A DNA stretch of 64,000 nt from Candidatus Latescibacterota bacterium. GTDB taxonomy: Bacteria > Latescibacterota > UBA2968 > GCA-2709665. Location: the NCBI GenBank assembly GCA_963667175.2, contig CAXXXF010000016.1, positions 256,001 to 320,000 of the forward strand, read 5' to 3'. This document shows, piece by piece, positions 19,301-29,812 of this stretch; position 1 is the first letter of the stretch; every line of letters starts with the position of its first letter. The notes under the pieces were generated by a model. It made no database searches. It saw nothing but the letters and a program-made list of their open reading frames with translations, and was not told the DNA's origin. A program made the position numbers and the translations under genes.

Positions 19301-20355
19301 GCAGTCGAGGGATCCAGGCCCTTACCCATCAGGCGGACGCCCCCATCGAAGCGGGCGTCCGGCGCCCACCGGGGGAGGACACGCGCCAGGTCGACGTCCG
19401 ACGCGCTCGCCTCGATATCGTAAGAAACGCGCTTCCCTGAATAATCGACAAAACCGGAAATCGCGCATACTCCCGAACCATAGCGGAGTCCCAGGTCCAG
19501 ATGCACGCGAGAGGCGTTTCCCCACACCCTTCCCGATGCGGACAGACTTCCCCGCGGGTACGCGCCGGGTAAGATGCGACCGATCTCATCAAACGCGAGA
19601 GAATCCGCACGAAAGGCGAAATCGTACTCGGGACGGGACAAACCGGTCAACGACCCGTCGACGCGGACGAGAGAACCCGCCGTCTGCATCCGGATCCCCT
19701 CGAACGTCAACCTACCGTCCGCGTACAGCGCCAGCCCCGACAAATTTCTGATCACGAGGGGCGGGTCGAAGACAATTGACCGGAAACGACGCAACGCCAG
19801 TTCACAACCGTCCGGGCCGGCCCGAAGTCCCGCAGCCATGTCCAGGCTGTCCGCCCTGCCCGCGGCAGCCGTCGTGACCCGGCCACCGACGACTTCCACG
19901 TGGCCGACCCGGATCTCCCGTTTCGGGCCGGCTTTCCACCACGCGGATTCGGCGGCTGGCAACAGACTGACGGCGGCGTCCGCGGCGGCCGACCCTTCCG
20001 GGAGCCGGAGCGCCGGTGCGGCCAGAACGAGTGTGTCCACGATCACGGATCCCGTGAGCAGTGCCGTCAACCTGTACCGTGCTTCCACCGCGTCGACCAT
20101 CAGCAGGGGCGCCCGTTCCGGACCAAGCCGCACACGTTCCGCCCGAAACCCCTTCAGGAGATTTCCGCGAAGGCCGCCAATCTTCACCGTCATCTTCAGG
20201 TCGCGGGCGAGCCATCGTTGCGCGTAGTCTCTCAGATAGGGGTTCAATCGTCCGGATCCCAACTCCAGCAGGCCGAATCCGACGACAACGAACACGGCAG
20301 CCGAGAGAAGAACGGCTATTTTTGCGACGCGCCTGACGAGCGTTTGATATCGCAT
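16321..20355 (-). CDS. tamB: translocation/assembly module TamB-like protein
   Basis: N-terminal TM anchor, long beta-taco repeats and a DUF490-type C-terminus (ILSYLLIG..GKY....FVSY); adjacent to an Omp85 gene. Confidence 0.85.
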   Translation of the reverse strand: MRYQTLVRRVAKIAVLLSAAVFVVVGFGLLELGSGRLNPYLRDYAQRWLARDLKMTVKIGGLRGNLLKGFRAERVRLGPERAPLLMVDAVEARYRLTALLTGSVIVDTLVLAAPALRLPEGSAAADAAVSLLPAAESAWWKAGPKREIRVGHVEVVGGRVTTAAAGRADSLDMAAGLRAGPDGCELALRRFRSIVFDPPLVIRNLSGLALYADGRLTFEGIRMQTAGSLVRVDGSLTGLSRPEYDFAFRADSLAFDEIGRILPGAYPRGSLSASGRVWGNASRVHLDLGLRYGSGVCAISGFVDYSGKRVSYDIEASASDVDLARVLPRWAPDARFDGGVRLMGKGLDPSTADVTVLGGIARAQLYGTVVDTADLAASLNNDKLLISIEAEGEAGELDARLDVNRISRDPGYDLRTRFVRLEPARLSRHFPDGADLTGAFWLKRAADRVWRGDARIDVLNIEGLPAATGLAFRGSFREGVVRLDSMSVRLPVGLGVITGEGRVDLGRFGKPEGNPPTYRAKLRLDGLAVDRLLGRTDLLEGASLQFRLNGEGFHPDSIAASADVAVEASRFLGGSLDSARVRVAQRGRRTILERFFLAGTTVTVEGSGWAVPGDSVEIRATGQVYDFEALSRLSGWGISGSPASLAARIVGAWDKPVVRANLAAGVLNYRDDVRAHGAALGTRLHGLTGRDARVRADSVLWRGRVFRNASLDLVLDEAGASFTLGGSTDDVDVLHLRGRAGSSGGAYWLGLDSLVVRTDDASVLSGGPSRIRYLPGDGVSVDRFTLVGDAGRIRASGHTGESAGVTVRLDDVDLKTWSLLTGLGRGMLGTLGGHVTLAGTPDDPKIKSVLDVRMGEIVGVRFQAFSGSLVYGDRRAEMEFSLVQSPGRSVSLKGRFPLYVTPEEREFRLPDGDVRVSVKSDGVDLSMLPDALEEVRGAAGVLAVDVTVEGTPRRLIQRGWLRLRDGAARIAPLNTTIEDVEADLSFDGNRVVVERFESGREKTGFALSGEITLDRLALESYDVTLKANGFEAIDLPGLKAALRADLQLKGDANAGRMEGSVALTRAVLRLSDFMEYPTDVGWITSPFVRNLNCDVRVSAARNVWIRDRELNVEISGDVDLLKDKEGIRLFGALDSRQGRYEFQNTSFAIDRGEINFRGSPDINPELYVIATRRIRLVSGENAVISVVVGGTIVEPSISLESDVTPPLDEADILSYLLIGRPAEDVSVLMRGEGEDGRRLEGRAAGLVLGVAANRLKRTIGRRLNLDVVEIDLGTGDAATRVRAGKYFGSRFFVSYAQDVSEARGREVVVEYELLPQVTLEAQQREGNERERDRKSLGIFWKKEW

Positions 20356-20423
20356 GGAGCACCTGCAAATCGTGCGGGATGAGTAAATGCTGCGGTCGCT
20401 ATCGCCCCGCGTGCGCGGCGTTG

Positions 20424-22205
20424 TCAGAACGCCTGTCCCAGGCTGAAATGGATGCGCCGGCGAGGTTCGCCCGGATCCTCCGACAACCGGTACGCGAAAT
20501 CGAGCCTCACGGGGCTGATGGGGTTCAGATAGCGAAATCCTCCGCCCGCGGCCAGTCGCAACCGGCCCGGATCGAAGGCGCCGAAACGATCCGATCCCAC
20601 GTTTCCCGCGTCCAGAAACGCGGCCACGCCAAATCCGGGCAGCAGCCGGGCGCGGACTTCGATGCTTCCTTCGAGCGCGCTCCTGCCGCCCGACGGTTCC
20701 TCGTTTGCGTCCCTCGCGCCAAGCCGGTTCAGGCGCCATCCCCGGACGCTGTTGGCCCCGCCGGCGAAGAATCGTTCAAAGTTGGGGATCGAACCGAAGG
20801 TTCTTTCATTCAGGATCATCCCGCCCGAAACCCGCAGAGCCAGGACGCACTTCCAGAACAACCGTCGATACCACCTGCCCTCCCCCGACGCTTTGAGAAA
20901 CTCCCCGTTACCCGCAGCCTTTACCGCGAGTTCGGCCAGCAGACCGCGCTGGGGGTCGAAATAGTCGTCTCTTCTGTCTTCCAGATATTCCACCGTAAGC
21001 GTGGCGCGCGTGCTGTCCAGCTCGAAATCGACGACTTCGGTCCTCGCCTCGATCAGGACTCTCCCGGTCGCGCGAAACGTCCGTTCAATCGCCGCGGTGG
21101 CGCCCCCGCGCTTCACCCGCACCTCTTTCGGTCGCTCCTGCTCCACGAAGCCGGTCAGATGCAGCCACGTCCTGCTTCCCAGAATGTACGGCTGTCTGAC
21201 GCCGACCATTGCCCGTGCTTCCAGCGCGGACGCGGAGGACTCAATGGTCAATTGGCGCGCGTCCCCACCCAGAAAACTCCGGTGCCGCCATGCCAGCAAC
21301 CCCCTTATCCGCTCCTCGGTATCGTAACCGGCCCCCAATTTCAGGCTGCGTGCCGGGCGCTCGCGAACGACAACGCGCACGTCCACGGGGCTCTTCGCCG
21401 CGGCCGTATCGGGCAGGCCGACTGAAACCGACCGAAACGCCTCAGACCGATGGAGTTGGAGCCGGCTATTCAAGAGGTCCTTCTTCCTGTAGGGGTCTCC
21501 TTCCCGAAACGTCAGACCTCGAAGGATGAGGCCGTCTGAAACCCTGCGATTGCCCTCGATTCGCACCTGCCCGAACCGGCACCGGGGTCCGGGCGCCGCC
21601 CGAAACGTCACGATGGCCCGGTCGGCCCGCCGCGACACTGCCGCCTCGACCTTCGCAAAGGCATAGCCGCCGTCCTGGAGCCAGTCGGAAATCAGTTTGA
21701 GGTCGGCCTCGCGGCCCATGCGCGTCAACGGACGGTCAGGTGTGGTGGTCAGTCCATTCATCAGGCGCAGGCTGTCCCGCGGGCTAACTGCCGGAAGACC
21801 CTCGAGACGAACGCCGGATATCACAACGGGATTTCCTTCGCGTATTCGGATCCGGACGCGAACAAAGCCCTCGCGGTACCGTTCGACGACGGTGTCCACG
21901 ACGGCGTCAAAATGGCCGAGGTCCCGGTAACGCGCCGCGATCCTGTTGACGTCCGACCGAAACACGCGCGCGTCGTATCGTCGCATTTTCGCGCCGGAAA
22001 AGGTCCCGTACCATGGGTTCGCGCGGGTATTCATCAACCTCCTAACGTCGCCGTTCGAGAGCACGCGATTTCCCTGGATCTCAACCGCCGTCACGATATC
22101 GGACGCTTTCTCACGGGCCGAAAGGATACCGGACAGTCCGGAAACGACAACGACGGCGACCGTTCTGAGGATGATCAAATCTCTCAATCCTATCCGGGCA
22201 GGCAT
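20424..22205 (-). CDS. Omp85-family (TamA/BamA-like) outer membrane protein
   Basis: POTRA repeats (IQGN, YRDLGHF, GYAFA), RFFAGGANSVRGW and C-terminal FSLGQAF; start uncertain. Confidence 0.88.
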   Translation of the reverse strand: MPARIGLRDLIILRTVAVVVVSGLSGILSAREKASDIVTAVEIQGNRVLSNGDVRRLMNTRANPWYGTFSGAKMRRYDARVFRSDVNRIAARYRDLGHFDAVVDTVVERYREGFVRVRIRIREGNPVVISGVRLEGLPAVSPRDSLRLMNGLTTTPDRPLTRMGREADLKLISDWLQDGGYAFAKVEAAVSRRADRAIVTFRAAPGPRCRFGQVRIEGNRRVSDGLILRGLTFREGDPYRKKDLLNSRLQLHRSEAFRSVSVGLPDTAAAKSPVDVRVVVRERPARSLKLGAGYDTEERIRGLLAWRHRSFLGGDARQLTIESSASALEARAMVGVRQPYILGSRTWLHLTGFVEQERPKEVRVKRGGATAAIERTFRATGRVLIEARTEVVDFELDSTRATLTVEYLEDRRDDYFDPQRGLLAELAVKAAGNGEFLKASGEGRWYRRLFWKCVLALRVSGGMILNERTFGSIPNFERFFAGGANSVRGWRLNRLGARDANEEPSGGRSALEGSIEVRARLLPGFGVAAFLDAGNVGSDRFGAFDPGRLRLAAGGGFRYLNPISPVRLDFAYRLSEDPGEPRRRIHFSLGQAF

Positions 22206-22418
22206 TGGCGCGCGGCGATGGCAACAAAGCGGTCGGACTGAGTCAATACTCGGGCCGGCCGCGGCGCTTCTTTTGACGCCCGCCGCCGCCGGTTTCAGGG
22301 CGGGCGCCCGCATCGGAAGATATGTCTCACGAACCGCGGCACAAGAGATTTCTATCCTGCCGTCCATTTGCGTCGCCGCTAAAGGCTGCGTTTCGGCAAC
22401 CGATGCGCCCGAAAATGG

Positions 22419-22452
22419 AAAGGCCCCGATTCCCCTTTCGGGGAAAGGGACC
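22419..22452 (-). terminator. probable terminator after clpB
   Basis: Minus-strand hairpin TTCCCC-GAAA-GGGGAA extended by a GC stem, then TTT. Confidence 0.45.
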
Positions 22453-22474
22453 CGACGCGGCCGCCGTACCCTTG

Positions 22475-25105
22475 TCATCCACTCGCGGCGGCGACCTCCG
22501 AAGGCTGGTTTTCGTGGCGGACGGCAATCCTGCCGTGCTCCAGGTCCACGCGGATCCGCGCGCCGTCGCGGATTTCGCCGGCAATCAGCCCCCTGCCGAT
22601 TCTCGTCTCCAACTCACGCTGCAGATACCGTCTGAGCGGGCGAGCGCCGTAGACGGGATCGAACCCTTCGCGGGCGACGAATTCGCGCGCGCTGTCGGCG
22701 ATCTCAAGGTCGATCCGCCTGTCCACCAGTCGTCTTCGGACGTCTGCGGTCAACAGATCGACGATCTTTGCGATTTCGTCCCGGGTCAAGGCCTTGAAGA
22801 GGACGACGTCATCTACCCGATTGAGAAACTCGGGCCTGAAGTGGCGGCGCATCTCATCCATCACCGCCCTGCGGGCTTCGTCGTTGATTTCCCCGCCATC
22901 CGTCACGCGATCCAGCATGCGGGACCCACCAATGTTCGAGGTCATGATAATCACCGTGTTTTTGAAGTCCACGGTCCGGCCCCGGGCGTCGGTCAGGCGC
23001 CCGTCCTCGAGGATCTGCAGCAGCGCGTTGAACACGTCGTTGTGGGCCTTCTCGATTTCGTCGAACAGGACCACCGAGTAGGGCTTTCTGCGGACCGCTT
23101 CGGTCAACTGTCCCCCATCGTCGTAACCCACGTATCCGGGAGGCGCGCCGACAAGCCGTGAGACCGAATGCCTCTCCATGTATTCGCTCATATCGATCCG
23201 GACCATATTGTCCTCGGCGTCGAACAGCGCTTCCGCCAGCGCCTTCGCCAGTTCGGTCTTGCCGACACCCGTGGGGCCCAGAAAGATAAACGAGCCGATG
23301 GGCCGGCGCGGGTCCTTGACCCCCGCACGGGCGCGGATAACCGCGTCGGCCACCAGCGACACCGCTTCCTCCTGACCCACGACGCGCCGGTGCAGAATCT
23401 CGTCGAGCCGGAGGAGCTTCTCGCGTTCGCCTTCCACCAGCCTGGCCACGGGGATCCCGGTCCAGCGCGAGACGATCTCCGCGATCTCCTCCCCGGTCAC
23501 TTCTTCACGAAGCAGGCGGCCGTTTCCCTGCGACCGCGCCTCCGCGGCCGCGAGCTTCTGCTCCAGTTCCGGAAGCCGCCCGTGATTCAACTCCGCCAGC
23601 CGGCTCAGATCGTACTTTCGTTCGGCGTCTTCGATCTCGCGCCTCACCGATTCGATCTGTTCGCGAAGTGTGCGCACCGCGTCGATGACTTCCTTCTCGG
23701 ATTCCCACTGAGCCCGCATCGCGCCGGCCTGCGCCTTCAGATCGGCCAGTTCCTTACGAAGGTCGTCAAGTCGCTGTGCGCTTCCCTTGTCCGACTCATT
23801 CTTCAGCGCCGCCTCTTCGATTTCTAGCCGCATCACCCTCCGGGTGACCTCGTCCAGGCCGGCGGGCATGGAATCGATTTCGGTTCGGATCATCGCGCAG
23901 GCCTCGTCCACGAGGTCGATCGCCTTATCGGGCAGAAACCGGTCCGATACGTACCGGTCGGAGAGCACGGCCGCACTCACGAGGGCGTTGTCCTGGATGC
24001 GCGCCCCATGGTGCAACTCGTACCTTTCGCGAAGTCCCCTGAGAATCGAAATCGTGTCCTCCACCGAGGGCGCATCCACCGTTACGGGCTGGAACCGCCG
24101 CTCCAGGGCGGCGTCTTTCTCGATGTACCTCCGGTATTCGTCCAGCGTGGTCGCACCGATACAGTGCAACTCGCCGCGCGCCAGCATCGGCTTGAGCATA
24201 TTTCCCGCGTCCGCGGACCCTTCGGTTCGTCCGGCGCCGACGATGTTGTGGACCTCGTCGATAAACAACAGAATGCGGCCCTCGCTCTGCGCGATCTCGT
24301 TCAGGACCGCCTTGAGCCGCTCTTCGAACTCACCACGGAATTTGGCGCCAGCCAGCAGTGCCCCCATATCGAGGGAGAACACGGTACGCTCTTTCATCCA
24401 CTCCGGTACGTCACCCCTTACGATCCGCTGCGCGAGACCTTCGACCACGGCGGTCTTCCCGACGCCGGGCTCCCCGATCAGGACCGGGTTGTTCTTGGTT
24501 TTTCGGGAAAGAATGCGCACGAGCCTCCTGATTTCCGCGTCCCGGCCGATCACCGGATCCAGCTTGCCCACTCGGGCTTGTGCGACCAGGTCCACGCCGT
24601 ACTTCTCGAGCGCCTCGTACGTGCCTTCAGGTTCCGGGCCGGTCACCCGCTGATTCCCGCGCACGCGGGTCAACGCATCGAGAAACGCCTCCCTCGTGGC
24701 TCCGGCCTTCCCCAGAACCCGTCCCGCCTGCGTATCCGGACCTTCGCCCAGCAACGCCAGGGCCAGGTGTTCCACCGAAACGTACTCGTCCTTCAGCCGC
24801 CCGGCCTCGTCCCCCGCCCGTTGGATCAATTGTTGGAAACGCTGCGTCACGTACACCCTTCCGGGTTCCGAAGGGCCGACGGTCTGCCGGGGCCTTCCGC
24901 CGAGTTCGCGCTCCAGATCCGCGTTCAGGCCTTCCACGTCGATCTCCATCCTCGCCAGGATTCGCGGAATCAAGCCATCCGGCTGCCCCAGGAGCGCCAG
25001 AAGCAGATGTTCGCCGTCCACCTCGACGTGCCCGTACCGGGTCGAAGCCGTTTGCGCGTCCCGAAGCGCCTCCTGCGATTTTTGTGTGAATCTGTTCAGT
25101 TCCAT
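22475..25105 (-). CDS. clpB: ATP-dependent chaperone ClpB
   Basis: Two AAA+ modules ([18 protein letters not shown]), coiled-coil M domain and GARPL; AAGGAGG RBS. Confidence 0.97.
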   Translation of the reverse strand: MELNRFTQKSQEALRDAQTASTRYGHVEVDGEHLLLALLGQPDGLIPRILARMEIDVEGLNADLERELGGRPRQTVGPSEPGRVYVTQRFQQLIQRAGDEAGRLKDEYVSVEHLALALLGEGPDTQAGRVLGKAGATREAFLDALTRVRGNQRVTGPEPEGTYEALEKYGVDLVAQARVGKLDPVIGRDAEIRRLVRILSRKTKNNPVLIGEPGVGKTAVVEGLAQRIVRGDVPEWMKERTVFSLDMGALLAGAKFRGEFEERLKAVLNEIAQSEGRILLFIDEVHNIVGAGRTEGSADAGNMLKPMLARGELHCIGATTLDEYRRYIEKDAALERRFQPVTVDAPSVEDTISILRGLRERYELHHGARIQDNALVSAAVLSDRYVSDRFLPDKAIDLVDEACAMIRTEIDSMPAGLDEVTRRVMRLEIEEAALKNESDKGSAQRLDDLRKELADLKAQAGAMRAQWESEKEVIDAVRTLREQIESVRREIEDAERKYDLSRLAELNHGRLPELEQKLAAAEARSQGNGRLLREEVTGEEIAEIVSRWTGIPVARLVEGEREKLLRLDEILHRRVVGQEEAVSLVADAVIRARAGVKDPRRPIGSFIFLGPTGVGKTELAKALAEALFDAEDNMVRIDMSEYMERHSVSRLVGAPPGYVGYDDGGQLTEAVRRKPYSVVLFDEIEKAHNDVFNALLQILEDGRLTDARGRTVDFKNTVIIMTSNIGGSRMLDRVTDGGEINDEARRAVMDEMRRHFRPEFLNRVDDVVLFKALTRDEIAKIVDLLTADVRRRLVDRRIDLEIADSAREFVAREGFDPVYGARPLRRYLQRELETRIGRGLIAGEIRDGARIRVDLEHGRIAVRHENQPSEVAAASG

Positions 25106-25345
25106 CCGAGACCTCCTTCTATTCAAACGTGGATCCCGGCGTCACGCCGTCACGTCGCCGCTGCGATCCCGGTCCAATGGCTCATTGAAGATGACCGTCC
25201 GAACGACGGCTGCTCGATATGCATGCAATGACTGTGCCAGTATTCCAATCGGGCGGATGTGAAATGCGGTTGAACTCGACCCGTTCATCGCGTAACTTTG
25301 CGGATCGCAGCCCACCTTCTGCCGTGCCGTCTCGAGGAACGCCGG

Positions 25346-26179
25346 ATGAAACCCGATTCAGAAGCCCTTGCTGTATTCGCTCCCGATCTCTTCGCCGGCC
25401 GGACCGCGCTCGTAACCGGCGGCGGCCGGGGAATCGGCCGAAGAATCGCCCTCGCGTTCGCGCGGTTGGGCGCGCACGTTGTGATTGCCGGCCGGAATTC
25501 CGAAACGCTCACGTCCGCCGCCGGCGAGATCACCGGCGCCGGGGCGCAATGCCTGGCCCTGCCCGTCAATATCCGTGAAACAGGACAGGTCGAAGAGTTC
25601 GTCTCCAGGGCGGTGGACGAATTCGGCGCGATCGACTTCCTGGTCAACAACGCGGGAGGTCAGTTCCCCGCGCGTCCGTCTGAGATCACCGACAGGGGCT
25701 GGCGCGCGGTGGTCGATCTGAACCTCAATGGCACCTGGAACATGTGCAGCCGTATCGGGCCTCACATGGTCGGCAATCGCTTCGGATCGATCGTGAATAT
25801 CGTCCACGTGTACGCACTCGATCGGGGCGCGCCGCCTTTTGCCCACTCCGGCGCCGCGCGGGCGGGCGTGGTCAACCTGACCAGAACCCTGGGCCACGAC
25901 TATGCAGGCCGCAACGTGCGGGTGAACGCCGTCGCGCCTGGATTTGTGGACACCGCCGGCCTTCGAGAGCATGAATTCGAGCCCCTCCAGCACAATGACT
26001 TCGAATCCACGGCCCTGCGGGACGTCCCCGCGGGCCGGTTCGCGGACCCTGACGAAGTGGCGGCGATCACGCTCTTCCTGTGTTCTCCGGCCGCGGCATA
26101 CATCACCGGCACGACGATCGTCGCCGACGGCGCACTGTCTCTGGGCAACTGGACCCCATGGATGGCGCAGGAACCGTAG
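25346..26179 (+). CDS. SDR oxidoreductase (2,4-dienoyl-CoA reductase/citronellol dehydrogenase-like)
   Basis: TGGGRGIG, NNAGGQF and HSGAARAG. Confidence 0.85.
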   Translation: MKPDSEALAVFAPDLFAGRTALVTGGGRGIGRRIALAFARLGAHVVIAGRNSETLTSAAGEITGAGAQCLALPVNIRETGQVEEFVSRAVDEFGAIDFLVNNAGGQFPARPSEITDRGWRAVVDLNLNGTWNMCSRIGPHMVGNRFGSIVNIVHVYALDRGAPPFAHSGAARAGVVNLTRTLGHDYAGRNVRVNAVAPGFVDTAGLREHEFEPLQHNDFESTALRDVPAGRFADPDEVAAITLFLCSPAAAYITGTTIVADGALSLGNWTPWMAQEP

Positions 26180-26194
26180 CGGTTTAGAGGAAAA

Positions 26195-26285
26195 ACAAAA
26201 GCGACCGGGAGTTTCCCGACCGCTTTTGTCTTCGACCCTCGTTGTCTTATATGCCATTTCGGCACATAATGCCGAAATGGCATAT
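26195..26285. terminator. two adjacent inverted repeats between convergent genes
   Basis: ACAAAAGCG...CGCTTTTGT (26195-26229) and a perfect 16-bp stem ATATGCCATTTCGGCA-CATAA-TGCCGAAATGGCATAT (26249-26285). Confidence 0.65.
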
Positions 26286-26335
26286 CATTGCGATAATCGC
26301 TGCCGATCCCGTCTCTCAATACGCTAAAGCCGAAC

Positions 26336-27142
26336 TCAATATCCGATTCGACGCAGAAATCTGTATGTCTTCCGGCTCCGCCTGGCTTCGCTGATGGGGT
26401 CATCGGCGCCCGGTACGGGATTTCCCGGACAACTGGTTACCCAGCGGGAGAAGCCGATTTCCTCCAGCACCTTTCGAATCACCGTGAAATCCAGATCCGA
26501 CCCGTCGCCCACGTCGCACCAGACCGGATCGTACCGTCCGCTCTGGTCCCGTGAGGTGGACGTATAATCCTGAAAGTGCATGTAATTCAACCGGCTGCTG
26601 AAATCCCGTATCGAGGCGGCCGGATCGTATCCCCACAGCAGGGCGTGGGACACGTCGATACACAGCTTTGCCTTCCGAAGCCGTCCGGTATAGAATTGCC
26701 AGTCCGCCACGGAGTCGACCAGGGTATTGGTGTGAATGTGGTAGCTGATTTCCAGTCCCAGCGCCTCCGCGTATTCGGCCCAGGCTTCCGCGCCCTCTGC
26801 CGCCGCCGTCAGGTCGTCCTCGTTCACGGGCCGGCCGGCCGGTTTGCCGCCGCTCATGAACATGAAGCAGTCGGCCCCCACTTCCGCGGCGTATTCCATC
26901 CGCCGCCGGTTGCGCTCCACGTGCGCCCAGTCCCTCACGTCCGGCGACCCGCTTGCGGTATATACCGCAAGCGGCAATCCCGCGTTTTCGCACACGCGCC
27001 GCAACCGCGACGGCGGCCCCAGCCAGTCCGGGGACAACCGGCCCTCCCAGCCGTCCCAACCGGCAGCTTTCAATGCGTCCAGCGCCGGCTCCAGGTCGGG
27101 TTCCTGCCATCTCAGCGTACTGTATCCCAGTTTGAAGGCCAT
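26336..27142 (-). CDS. sugar phosphate isomerase/epimerase (IolE-like TIM barrel)
   Basis: YHIH, IDVSH and MHFQD motifs. Confidence 0.8.
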   Translation of the reverse strand: MAFKLGYSTLRWQEPDLEPALDALKAAGWDGWEGRLSPDWLGPPSRLRRVCENAGLPLAVYTASGSPDVRDWAHVERNRRRMEYAAEVGADCFMFMSGGKPAGRPVNEDDLTAAAEGAEAWAEYAEALGLEISYHIHTNTLVDSVADWQFYTGRLRKAKLCIDVSHALLWGYDPAASIRDFSSRLNYMHFQDYTSTSRDQSGRYDPVWCDVGDGSDLDFTVIRKVLEEIGFSRWVTSCPGNPVPGADDPISEARRSRKTYRFLRRIGY

Positions 27143-27195
27143 GGATTCCTCCGTCTGCGCTTCGAAGCTGTCCTAAAGGGGAAGGCGCTTCGCGC

Positions 27196-29688
27196 CTACC
27201 GCGCCCGCCGCGTCAATTCCTCCCGGGCCTGCTGAAACAACGCGATCAGGCGAGCGCGCGTTTTTTCGTCGCGGAAGACGCCGATTTTCTCCGCCCAGGC
27301 GATCCCGCCCTCCAGATGGGTCAACAGATATTCGCCTTCGGCGGGTTCGAACGCGCACCGGTTGCCCGCGTCGACGTAGACCGGTGACGAATGGGCCATC
27401 ACGGGGCCGGCGTCCGTCGCGTACTCGCCCCAACACCGGGCCGCCACCCAGCATGACCTCTCGACTTTCAATTCGTGACTCAAGGTGACGGTCCGGCGGT
27501 CGCCGGATGCATCCTGCCGGGCGGCGCGTTTCCCGTTGACGATCAGCTCCACCGCGGTCAACGGCCACACGCTCTCCGCGGCGGCAACGACCTCCACGGT
27601 TCCTCCGTTGCCCGGCAATGCGATCTCGCCGCCCATCGGCGTTCCCTCCACCTCGAGATCGATCATCGCGCCGGTACTGGCGAACGTCGTCCCGCGTTTG
27701 ACCGCCCTGCACCAGTTCTCGAACGTAAATCCCTCGTCGGGACCCAGCTTCGCGTACGTTCGGGAGCCGCCCAGGATGCGATCGTTCGACATCTTGTCCG
27801 TGCCACCGACGATCGGAAGCTTCTGACCCGTGTTCAGCCAGCGGTAATACCCGCGCTCTCCGGCGCCGATCCGTTCGCCCTGCCAGATCCAGCACAATTC
27901 AGCCGCGTCGGCCTGGCCCAGCACGATATTGGCGGCATTCTCGAAATCCGGCGTGGGCATATGCGGCATGATGACCAGTCCGCCCTGCCGGCGGCAGGCT
28001 TCCGCCCAGTCTGCCATCAGGGCCTGGATCTCCCCGCCGATCCAGTCTTCCTGAGGGCCTCCGGTACACATCGGCGCCACCATTTCCTTCAGTCCCAGCA
28101 GGCTGATGTGTCCGAGCACGTGCTGGCGGTTTTCCTGGCTCACCCATATCTTGTGGTACTCGCTGCTCGTCGGCGCCAGGCCGCCCGTAAACTCCTCCCA
28201 ACTGGTAAACAGCCGGCCCCACTGGCTTGCCAGCAGGTTCACCACGTTCAGGTCCTCGCCGGCCGCCTCCAGATGTGAGGATTGAGACGAAAGAAAGTGC
28301 ACGTGCGTATCGCCCGAATAGAATCCCCGGTCCTTCATATCGAAAGCGCGTTCAATGTCCAGCGAAAGATCCCGCTGGCCGGGTTTCACGTCCGCCAGCG
28401 CCCGCAGGGGAACGTACTCGAATCCGCGAGCCACCTCCACGTAAACAGGGCCCACGGGCAGTTCGACCTGGCAGGTTCCGTCGATGTAGGCGTACGGCGT
28501 GCCACGCACTTTGCAGTCGCCGCCCATATCCTCGAACCAGGCGGTATTCACGTCTGCCCGGTGGCCGTGCGGCGCGAAATAGGCGCCGTGGGAAGACCGG
28601 AAGTGTATCCGGCATCCCACCGGCAGGCCGGATTCCGCGTCGTTCACCCGAACGTGCAGCCACTGCTTGCCGGCCGGGGCAACCAGGGCGACCCGGGTGT
28701 TGCCGTGCTGCACGGTCTTGTTCTCCAGCACGTCGCCCCATCTGAACGATTCGCCGGACTCTCCGCTCCTGATATTCATATCGGATTCCGGCGACCCATG
28801 GATTTCAAGGTATCTTCCCTCCCTTATCTCCCCTCCGCCAGCGCCCCATCCGGTCTCATCCGTTTCCAGATAGTCATCGCCGGGTACGTAAAGCCGGTCC
28901 TGCCGCGCGATCACGCCCCGGTCGAGTTCTACCGTGACCTCGTCGTCGTTCCCGGTCGAAACAGCGATCTCGCTGCGCGGATGCCACGCGAACGGGTCGC
29001 TCTCCTCCTGGCAGAGCGTGATTCCGCCCAGCGCTATCGCGGCATCTCGGGATCCCGAAACCTCAATGCTCTGAATGGTCTGCTCCGGATACGGATTGAC
29101 CCAGTCATAGAGCCACCAGCCCGCCAAGTCGCTGCTCTCAGACCTGACGCCCACCTGCGCCGCGCCGTACGGCAGGTTCCGGTCGTCCAGGGCGACCGGA
29201 AGAAACTCGCGGCAACCCCGACAGAGAAACGGATGATGGCCCCACGGCACGAACAGGTCGTGAATTTCGAACCGCCGCCTCAACACCTGCGCGACACCGA
29301 TTCCGGACTCGTAACCGATCCGGTACCTGCCCACGACCTCGCCGGTCCCTTCGAGACTCGCTTCAACACCAATGACAGGTGTACAGACGTGCGCGAACAG
29401 CACCCTGCGCGCCTTTCGGCCGACGGGAATGGAGGCGGATCCGGCGACCGGTTTGCCGCGCCGGCCCGAAACCACGACAAACGCGGCGCCTCCGGAATGC
29501 TCGCCGCGGTCCGCGAGCGCGAACGGAACGCCCCAGAATCGGCAATTTCCCTCGGGAAGCCGGCAAAGTCCGCTCAATCCGGGTCTCTCGGACGCGGCGG
29601 GCCAGAGCCACCCCGCACCCGTATCCACGTTTTCCGTTCCGGCATTCAGACGGGCGGTCAGGTCCAGCGGCTGAAATACGTCCGACAT
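27196..29688 (-). CDS. CehA/McbA-family PHP-like metallohydrolase, paralog 1
   Basis: SGDTHVHF, ENRQHVLGH, PH, GGTDKM and AHSSPVY; preceded by beta-sandwich and carboxypeptidase-regulatory-like domains. Confidence 0.78.
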   Translation of the reverse strand: MSDVFQPLDLTARLNAGTENVDTGAGWLWPAASERPGLSGLCRLPEGNCRFWGVPFALADRGEHSGGAAFVVVSGRRGKPVAGSASIPVGRKARRVLFAHVCTPVIGVEASLEGTGEVVGRYRIGYESGIGVAQVLRRRFEIHDLFVPWGHHPFLCRGCREFLPVALDDRNLPYGAAQVGVRSESSDLAGWWLYDWVNPYPEQTIQSIEVSGSRDAAIALGGITLCQEESDPFAWHPRSEIAVSTGNDDEVTVELDRGVIARQDRLYVPGDDYLETDETGWGAGGGEIREGRYLEIHGSPESDMNIRSGESGESFRWGDVLENKTVQHGNTRVALVAPAGKQWLHVRVNDAESGLPVGCRIHFRSSHGAYFAPHGHRADVNTAWFEDMGGDCKVRGTPYAYIDGTCQVELPVGPVYVEVARGFEYVPLRALADVKPGQRDLSLDIERAFDMKDRGFYSGDTHVHFLSSQSSHLEAAGEDLNVVNLLASQWGRLFTSWEEFTGGLAPTSSEYHKIWVSQENRQHVLGHISLLGLKEMVAPMCTGGPQEDWIGGEIQALMADWAEACRRQGGLVIMPHMPTPDFENAANIVLGQADAAELCWIWQGERIGAGERGYYRWLNTGQKLPIVGGTDKMSNDRILGGSRTYAKLGPDEGFTFENWCRAVKRGTTFASTGAMIDLEVEGTPMGGEIALPGNGGTVEVVAAAESVWPLTAVELIVNGKRAARQDASGDRRTVTLSHELKVERSCWVAARCWGEYATDAGPVMAHSSPVYVDAGNRCAFEPAEGEYLLTHLEGGIAWAEKIGVFRDEKTRARLIALFQQAREELTRRAR

Positions 29689-29812
29689 AAGCGATCCGCT
29701 CCATTCCTGTGTTCTGCAGACGCGAAAACCGATTGACGGGCGGCCGCGTTGTCCGTACTCTCGGAGAACCGCCGGAGCGCGATTCCGGCCCATTCCATAG
29801 GGAGCGACGTCA

